The notes beneath the pieces were generated by a model. It searched no databases. It was not told where the DNA came from and saw only the letters and a list, made by a program, of their open reading frames with translations. From Pavona decussata (taxonomy: Eukaryota), in contig CDRNST010000306.1 of the NCBI GenBank assembly GCA_977016875.1, positions 62,001 through 126,000 of the forward strand: 64,000 bases of DNA, written 5' to 3'. Positions 56,944 through 64,000 of this stretch are shown piece after piece. Position numbers and translations under genes: made by a program. Positions within the stretch are counted from its first letter, which is position 1, and every line of letters begins with the position of its first letter.

Positions 56944-57856
56944 CACAGGGAGCAGAGGAGTTATGCTAGAAATGTCAACAAAAAAACGTCTTACCTCTTA
57001 AAATTGCATTCTTGTATTTCTTTGCGTAGTTAAAACCTCATTTGCGAACCAAATATATGCATTCATTTGCGATCGAATGCGGTCGATCGTTTCGAACCGC
57101 CATTATTTGAAAAGTGTCGACCGCTGTTTATTTGGCCAACTGACTGTGGGCGGCAAAGATGTCACATGAGTAAGAAAAGAGGCAAGGAATGAAACAGATT
57201 TCGGTCGAATTTTCGTTTCCCAATAACTCGCTACATATTCAACAAATTAGCCCCAGTATCTGCTTGCGGTATTGCATTTACGTTATCTTTAAGCTACCTA
57301 AACCATTATGATGAAAAGATTCATTAAACGGGCCTTTTACAATCGCTCATTTCGCGTTGAAAAATTGGCTTTTCGTGGGATGTGCACCGCAACATACTGG
57401 TGGCGCAAATACGTCATATAAGGTGTCATGCACATGACCGGAAGCCATTTAAATGGGTTTATTGTTGTGGGCATGCGCACAGCAAGCGTCTTCTGTGAAA
57501 ACGTCACTTCCGCCACCAGTGTGCTGCGGTTCACATCCGACGAGTCACGTGGTTCTATGTTGCTCCCCTTGTCATTTTTTCCTTCTCGGCACTTCGTGCC
57601 TCGTTCGGAAAGCTTCGCTTTCCGATAATTATTCGTTGGATTTCGTCCAACTGAATACACGGTCCCAATAAACAGCGGTCGATACTTTTCAAAATAATGG
57701 CGGTTCGAAACGATCGATCGCATTCGATCGCAAATGAATGCATATATTTGGTTCGCAAATGAGGTTTTAACTACGCAAAGAAATACAAGAATGCAATTTT
57801 AAGAGGTAAGACGTTTTTTTATTGACATTTCTAGCATAACTCCTCTGCTCCCTGTG
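56944..57856. mobile_element. Young P-element-type MITE with ~190-bp TIRs
   Basis: CACAGGGAGCAGAGGAGTTATGC.. / ..GCATAACTCCTCTGCTCCCTGTG near-perfect; 7-bp TSD GCTCGAT. Confidence 0.9.
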
Positions 57857-58607
57857 GCTCGATTAGCTTGCTATTTCTAAGTGGCTGTGCTCTCTTCCTT
57901 AGTAATTTTTCTTTCTTGCATTTATGTAAACACTGTATAATTTCTGGGCACGAATAAAGATTGTTGTTGTTGTTGTTGTCTATGACGGCGGTGTCAACAA
58001 GAACGCCACAAAACTGCAGGATATTTTAGTATACTGTATTTCTTTCCGGTCCTCTGCAAAACAGCGACGAGAAATGACTAAATCTTAAGTTTTATGGAGA
58101 ACGTGCACAAGCGCACACAACGTTGAATCTTTAATTTTCTTTCGTAGCTCCTATCAATCTCAGTGACCAATTCAGTTCCTAGCTGAACGTCTTTTTCAAT
58201 GGCCGGGCACAAGGCCTTGGAACACGCACCGATTCTTAAATTTGCGATATTCGCAAAGAACTGTTTTACCTCAGAAACATATTTAAAGGAGATAATGTAA
58301 AATTTGGCAAAATTCTCGGAAAGCGTGGTCCAAATTGTTAACAAAGGAGAAGAAAGACTTGCGGATGACTCGAAGGAACAGTTGTTTGGGTTTTTGGAAA
58401 AAGCCTTCTCAAACTCATTAATAATTCATGCAGTCAAAAGCCAATAAATGACCTCCATTTCGGTCAGGTGGATGAATCTTGATACCCCAATGAAACACCA
58501 GATGAAACACCACCAGGTTTTCATCTGAGATGAAACATGTTTTTCATCTGAGATCAAACATTTGCATTTTAATGAGATTAATTTCTTATTGTTTCATTTG
58601 AGAAGAC

Positions 58608-58751
58608 ATGTCAAAAACTCGGGCTTCGTGCTTTATCACGGGTTCCAAATACCTCGAAACAGATGAAAGCACTCGGCCTGCGGCCTCGTGCTTTCATCTG
58701 TTTCTCGGTATTTGGAACCCGTGATAAAGCACTCGCCCTCGTTTTTGACAT
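58608..58751. repeat. 144-bp palindrome centred on GGCC-TGC-GGCC (Crypton-like repeat)
   Basis: ATGTCAAAAAC..GTGCTTTATCACGGGTTCCAAATACC..GAAACAGATGAAAGCAC mirrored across the centre. Confidence 0.8.
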
Positions 58752-61700
58752 ATTACTTGAAAATTGAAAGATGGAAGAACTTGCCAGTGCCAACGTGTCA
58801 AAGACTAACAAAGCTGAATCGAGAAGCGATGGAAGTAGAAGAATGATAATCTTCCATTTCTTGGTATAATCTGATCGCAGGGTCGTCTGGTCAAAGACGC
58901 TGAACTTCAAAATCTAGATGAGGTATCATGTCTTCATCAAACTTCAGCAAATGAAGGAATTAAAAGGTGTGAGGCGAGAGGGCATTTTTTTTCCAGCAAG
59001 TTCTACAAGTAGTGTATAAAAAGTTAAACATTTTAAAAATCCAAAATTTCAAATCAAATTAGCCTTGCGTCCCTAATGATGCTAACAATCCAGTGTACGC
59101 GTTGCATAGTTTTTTTGCCAGAACAAGAGATGCCCCTGAACGCACCAATAGTTTTTGTTTTGCTGCATTAAAGGATAGGCCAAAGCGTTAATTGCTCAAA
59201 GGGACATCTTTCTTGATTCATAACTGTTAATGAACAAGATTGTGCTAATTGTCCTACTGAGCAAAATTGTATTGGAGTGCTGTTTTTTGTTGCTGTTGTT
59301 GTTGTGGATGTTCGTCGGATTCAAAGAGGATGCAACCTCAAGTGTTAATGAATGCGATTTTTTGCTCGTTCGAAATATCTTCCTTGTCTTTACTTTGTTT
59401 CACGCATCGCAACTTTCTTCGCGCCGCTCCTCACTCGTGATCTGAACGCCTGGAGCGGGCTTAAGCCCCAGTAAAGTGCATATTCTTCTCACTGTTATCC
59501 GGCCATACATTTCTTAGGATATAATTAGGGAGAATTTGTTTGGAGATCAAGACAATTTATCTTTGGTGATCATTTGCTTCATTCTCAAGACTTGCAAGTT
59601 TGATCAATTATGAAAAATTAGATTCTTATTACTATTGGACCTTAAAGTACACTGTTTCCCGCAATCAAAGCGTGCGCATCCGTTAAACGCCGCTCGTAGT
59701 ACTTTTAATTAATGTTTGGCCATAATTTTATCAGTAATGTCTGAGAAGTAAAATCTGTTCGTACTAATGTCCTTACATTGAAATACAGTCCGCTTTTCCG
59801 TTAATTAAAAGCTCGTCGCGTTCTTATTTTATGTAAGTTTTTTAGATTCGTATTCTAGGAATGACAAAACTTTGCCTTCATTTTGTGTCTTGAAAGTCCC
59901 CAGACAACGAAACACCTTCTCCATATTTGGTTTAACATCCCGTTTATTTTTGCGTCTAATATTTTACTTCCTGCAAAAAATATTAACATATAAGAATTTG
60001 CATGACGCCAGCTGCTCGACCGTATTCTAAAATAATAACGGTGGAAATTATGATTTTGATGTCTTCTCTTATAGCTCCTTCACATCCAAGGATTCTAGCC
60101 GTGAAGGGGACACGTTGAAGTGTACCGAGTTTGGAGGGAATTCACAAACGTATTATCCTTATTCACAACAGGTAAATTGGTAAGAGATACTGAGTAAATT
60201 CATCTTGTCTAAAGTAAGCCATGATAAAAACATCCCAGGATGCTTTAAACTAGACTCAGAAAATCTTTGCCAGTTGCAATTTTATCTCGGGAATATCATA
60301 TGTCCGCTGCTGTCCAGTGGTGATTCACTGATTGGCCGTTATTAGCACTGGTTGGAAGAAATGGCTTCCGTGGATTTGAGTTTGCGCGTCTTGAGAAGCA
60401 AATCCAGTAGTGGATGTTAAACCGTTTGAAACACTCTACAGTAATAATTGGCTGCGTAAACTAAGTTAACAATGACTGTTTCGACGTTATGAAACAATAA
60501 AAAGCGAAAATAGCGAATCGCGAAACTTTTTTATATCTATGAAACGAAAATAGCGAAAAAAGTGAATTGCGAAAACTAAATTAAAAATAAAGGACAAAAG
60601 CTATAAACGAAACGCGGTCTTTGAAAGGCGAAAAACCTTTAACGAGTAATTATTTCGACCTGCTTATAAATCTTCATACATGGGAAAAACAGATATGAAT
60701 AATTATTAAACAAGTGGCAATTAGCTGAGAATGTTTCTTGCGTGTTCCGAAGGTTCTTTGTTTCTTGTTTTTTATTCCCTTGTGAACAATGACATGCCGC
60801 TGAACTAAGGCTTTTTTGACACAAAAAAGCAGCCAATAGATCCGAAAATTAAAGGCTTGAAAATTAAGGCTGACAGTTGTTAGAACGTGCTGCATTTTGT
60901 ATCGAGTGTATTCTTGAAAATTAGTGATAAGAAAGCTGATAATTATCTTGTTGCAGGCCTGCCGTTTATGGAGAAACGAAAGGAATTCTGGCGTACAATT
61001 GAAATAAACTGTGAAGAGAAAGGACTCGCCAGCTTTTAAGGGTAATATCTTCTTTACTTTCACCCGCTATATTGCGTTAGCGCCATCTTTCTTTCGCTTC
61101 CGACATTCTGAGCGCTTGCCATAGCCTGGGTAGTCAGCAACAAGCCAAAAATGAACAACAAGGCTTAAACATGCGTCACATTGATACGTAATGGGCATTA
61201 ATCGCTTTACTTACCAAAATACGCTAGCTGCCCTTTCGCTAGTCAGCAATCTTCGTTCAAATTAAACGGTTGTTTTTATTCGTCGAAGTACTCATTACTC
61301 TCGTAGATAATTTAAATTAGTATATACCAGCTCAGCGCCCTTGGCGTTTTACGCAATCTGATTGGTCCGCTATCTCTATCCCATTCAGCATTGTTCACCT
61401 GCTAGGAGGTGAATAATGCCTTTGCTCGTGTTTCTGTCGGACAAATCACTAAAATTCACGAAGATGATACTCTAGAACAAGTACCCAGAGCGAACCACTA
61501 TCTTTTACAAGCTTTTGTAAGAAATATTCCACTGTTTTCCGAGAGAAATTAGCTATTTTGTGATCGATTGTTAAATATAAACGAACTAAAAGAATCCGTA
61601 TCGAGGTTTAACGAGTAGCTGAGATTGTCTTCATCCGTATTCTATCATTTCCCAGGACAATTAAACCTAAAACGTCTCTTAAATACTGTTAAGTACGAGA

Positions 61701-64000
61701 TTAAAGTATCCAAATTCAATAAATACCTGAGAAAGGTTTGCTTCAGGAACATGACGGTGGGTGAACTCGAAGAAGAAGAAATGTTAGCAAACACAACTGA
61801 GTCATAAATCAAACTTACTGAACGCCTGTTTCGTTCAGTGTCAATGAAAGCACCACTTTTATATTAACGGCCATGTGTACAGTAAAGATTGATGTATACA
61901 TCTGCTTCGCTTATTGGTCGGGAAGTCATATACATACATTGTTCTTATTAGTAGACTCAAAGTACTGGATATTAATGTTTCCTTTTTGAACAACGTGAAA
62001 CGGACACATATATTCTCTGTGTTTAAACAGTTAACACGAGCATCTTTCATTCATTTTTCTTTCCTTTTATCACACAGTTCTAATCATTAGTCTTGCTCTT
62101 TATGACACATTTCATTTCCTTTTCTGTTTATCTTGAGTTTTCTCGTTAAACACTTCCCTTTAAAGCACTTATTGTGTTTTCCTTTTGAGGCCAATTTTTT
62201 TGGGTATAATTTAAACAAGAGAAATTAAAACTAAATTTAGGGCAAACAGAATATAAGGTTCTCAAGATATGTCGAAATTTAGTACAACAAGCTATAGTGT
62301 TGAATCTTCAGCAGGTCGACGTCATTGAAGTCTTCAAAAAAAGTCACTGAAAAATTACCCTAAACTCTCATTATATTCACTCGGAAGAATATGGAATGCA
62401 ATTGGATCTTAAAATTCAATAATAATATAATAAACTAAAGATACTTGAATATCTCATCACATTGGGTCAGTTCACTTTTTAACCGAGATGTGTCAAATCT
62501 CTTACTGTTACCAGAACAGTTTGAGTTAACCATCAATGATAACAAATTCACGCGTGTGACTTGACTTACATTGATTCTAAAGCTATTCAATTACCAATTG
62601 AAATTTTATAAAATACCCTTGGGCCTTGGTCATTTCTGTCTTGATGCATGAACGAAATGGTTATTAATCATAACGTTTCATGGACAACGGAGACCATTTA
62701 TTAAGAAAAAAAAGGCCTATAATATTTTTACAGTTTTTACAGCTCTATTTCTGCACAAAAACTCCATCATTTTCGCTATAAGATGGATGCTTCAAAGAAA
62801 AAGTGAAACCGTGGTATTCCCATACTTGCATCTCTCACCAACCCCTAAGTTTCTTATAGCTTACGTCTTTCACACAAGAGAATATAGTAAAGTCTTGCCT
62901 TTTGTACGAAAATAATGAAATTAAAATCATTTTTTAGAAGAATTTAGGAATGTGGGAAACGTCACTTATTCAGAAATTGTACGCCAAATATTTAATATGT
63001 TTAAACAAACCGCATCCCCCGGCGTCCCCCTCCCCCAATCCCTGAAAAATGGTCAGGAAGGATACGAAACAAACATGTCGGCTTTTGTTATTCAAAAATG
63101 ATCTTTACATTGTGCGAATGTCGACTATGGAATCTTTTGAGATATCAAAATGTATCAAAGTATCGCTGTATCACGAAACTATTAAAAAGACATTTTGACT
63201 GATCTTCAGACCAGCTCCCAATTGCATAAATTTATATAGGTTGTTTAACTTGCTTGCGGCCGTTAATTTGTGGTTTACCATGTGCTAAATCACAACACCT
63301 TTCATTTAGGTATCAGTGTTTTTCGTTAACTAAAGACAAGACTGAATATGCGAATGGAGATAAGTGGACGTGACTCGAGCTAACAAAAGAAAGTTGACAA
63401 CAGCGTGTCTGCGTTAAATCATTTCTCAAACTCCATGATTGAATTTTATTGTTAACGAGCTTTTAGCTTCTGTCAGTTCCATCCTCAAACAAAAGCAAAA
63501 GCCAATCTTAAGTAAACCAAGCGTCAATTAAGGTTTTCCTGTATCTGAATTTACGTCTGATTAATACAAACTTTAAAATGTTTCAAAGGTGAAACTGTTT
63601 ACCTAGTTCTTCTTAGTAATAAATTTTCAAATGTCGGTGGGTGCTTAAAATGTATACTTACGTGATATCTTTAAGTTGAGTAGTATACTGTATGCAGATC
63701 GAGGAAAACTGAGCGCTGGTGAAAACATGTCAAGGGGAAAGAAACTTCAGTAAGTGATTTTGTTCGTATTTGTTTCCAAGGCACCAGAGGGTAAAGGAAA
63801 CTATGACAAGTGTGATTAACATTCAGAAGTAAAGATCGAGCCGCTTCGATTTGTTTCCATCATGAAATGATACGTTCTGCCGAAATAAAACTTAGTAACC
63901 ATGTTTCGTTAGGAAAAAAATAACTCTGATCTGTTGTGAGAAGGCTGATGGTATAACGTTCAAGATATTTTCAACTACATTTGAAGAGGTATACATATAA

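Noticed and set aside
58611-58910. 99-aa minus ORF, and ORFs at 57337-57758 and 43785-44039
   Set aside because: They overlap palindromic or MITE sequence and have no protein-family features

Overview
Eukaryotic, AT-rich, intron-containing DNA; the gene and repeat content points to an anthozoan cnidarian, probably a stony coral (inference). (1) 1-~15.4 kb (+): the 3' part of a large modular, probably secreted protein. I can splice 16 exons by hand (3421 nt, about 1140 codons), plus a candidate terminal exon beyond a 224-N gap. Domain order: Tg1-Tg1-vWA-Kunitz-Tg1-Tg1-WAP-Tg1x6-Kunitz-Tg1, i.e. 11 equistatin-like thyroglobulin type-1 repeats, 2 Kunitz, 1 WAP and 1 MIDAS-degenerate vWA. Every domain boundary is a phase-1 intron. 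(2) 19.6-45.5 kb: a cluster of single-coding-exon class A GPCRs, three with open frames and one transposon-disrupted pseudogene, all with unusual motif changes. (3) Dense transposon debris: five insertions with 9-bp TSDs, a four-level nested insertion, two DINE-1/HINE-like Helentron derivatives, Penelope fragments (one with a hammerhead ribozyme), Kolobok-, P- and Harbinger-type MITEs, a THAP-carrying mini-element, SINEs and an L2 tail. No rRNA, true tRNA or CRISPR was seen. TE family names come from terminal/TSD signatures recalled from general knowledge, not from database searches.
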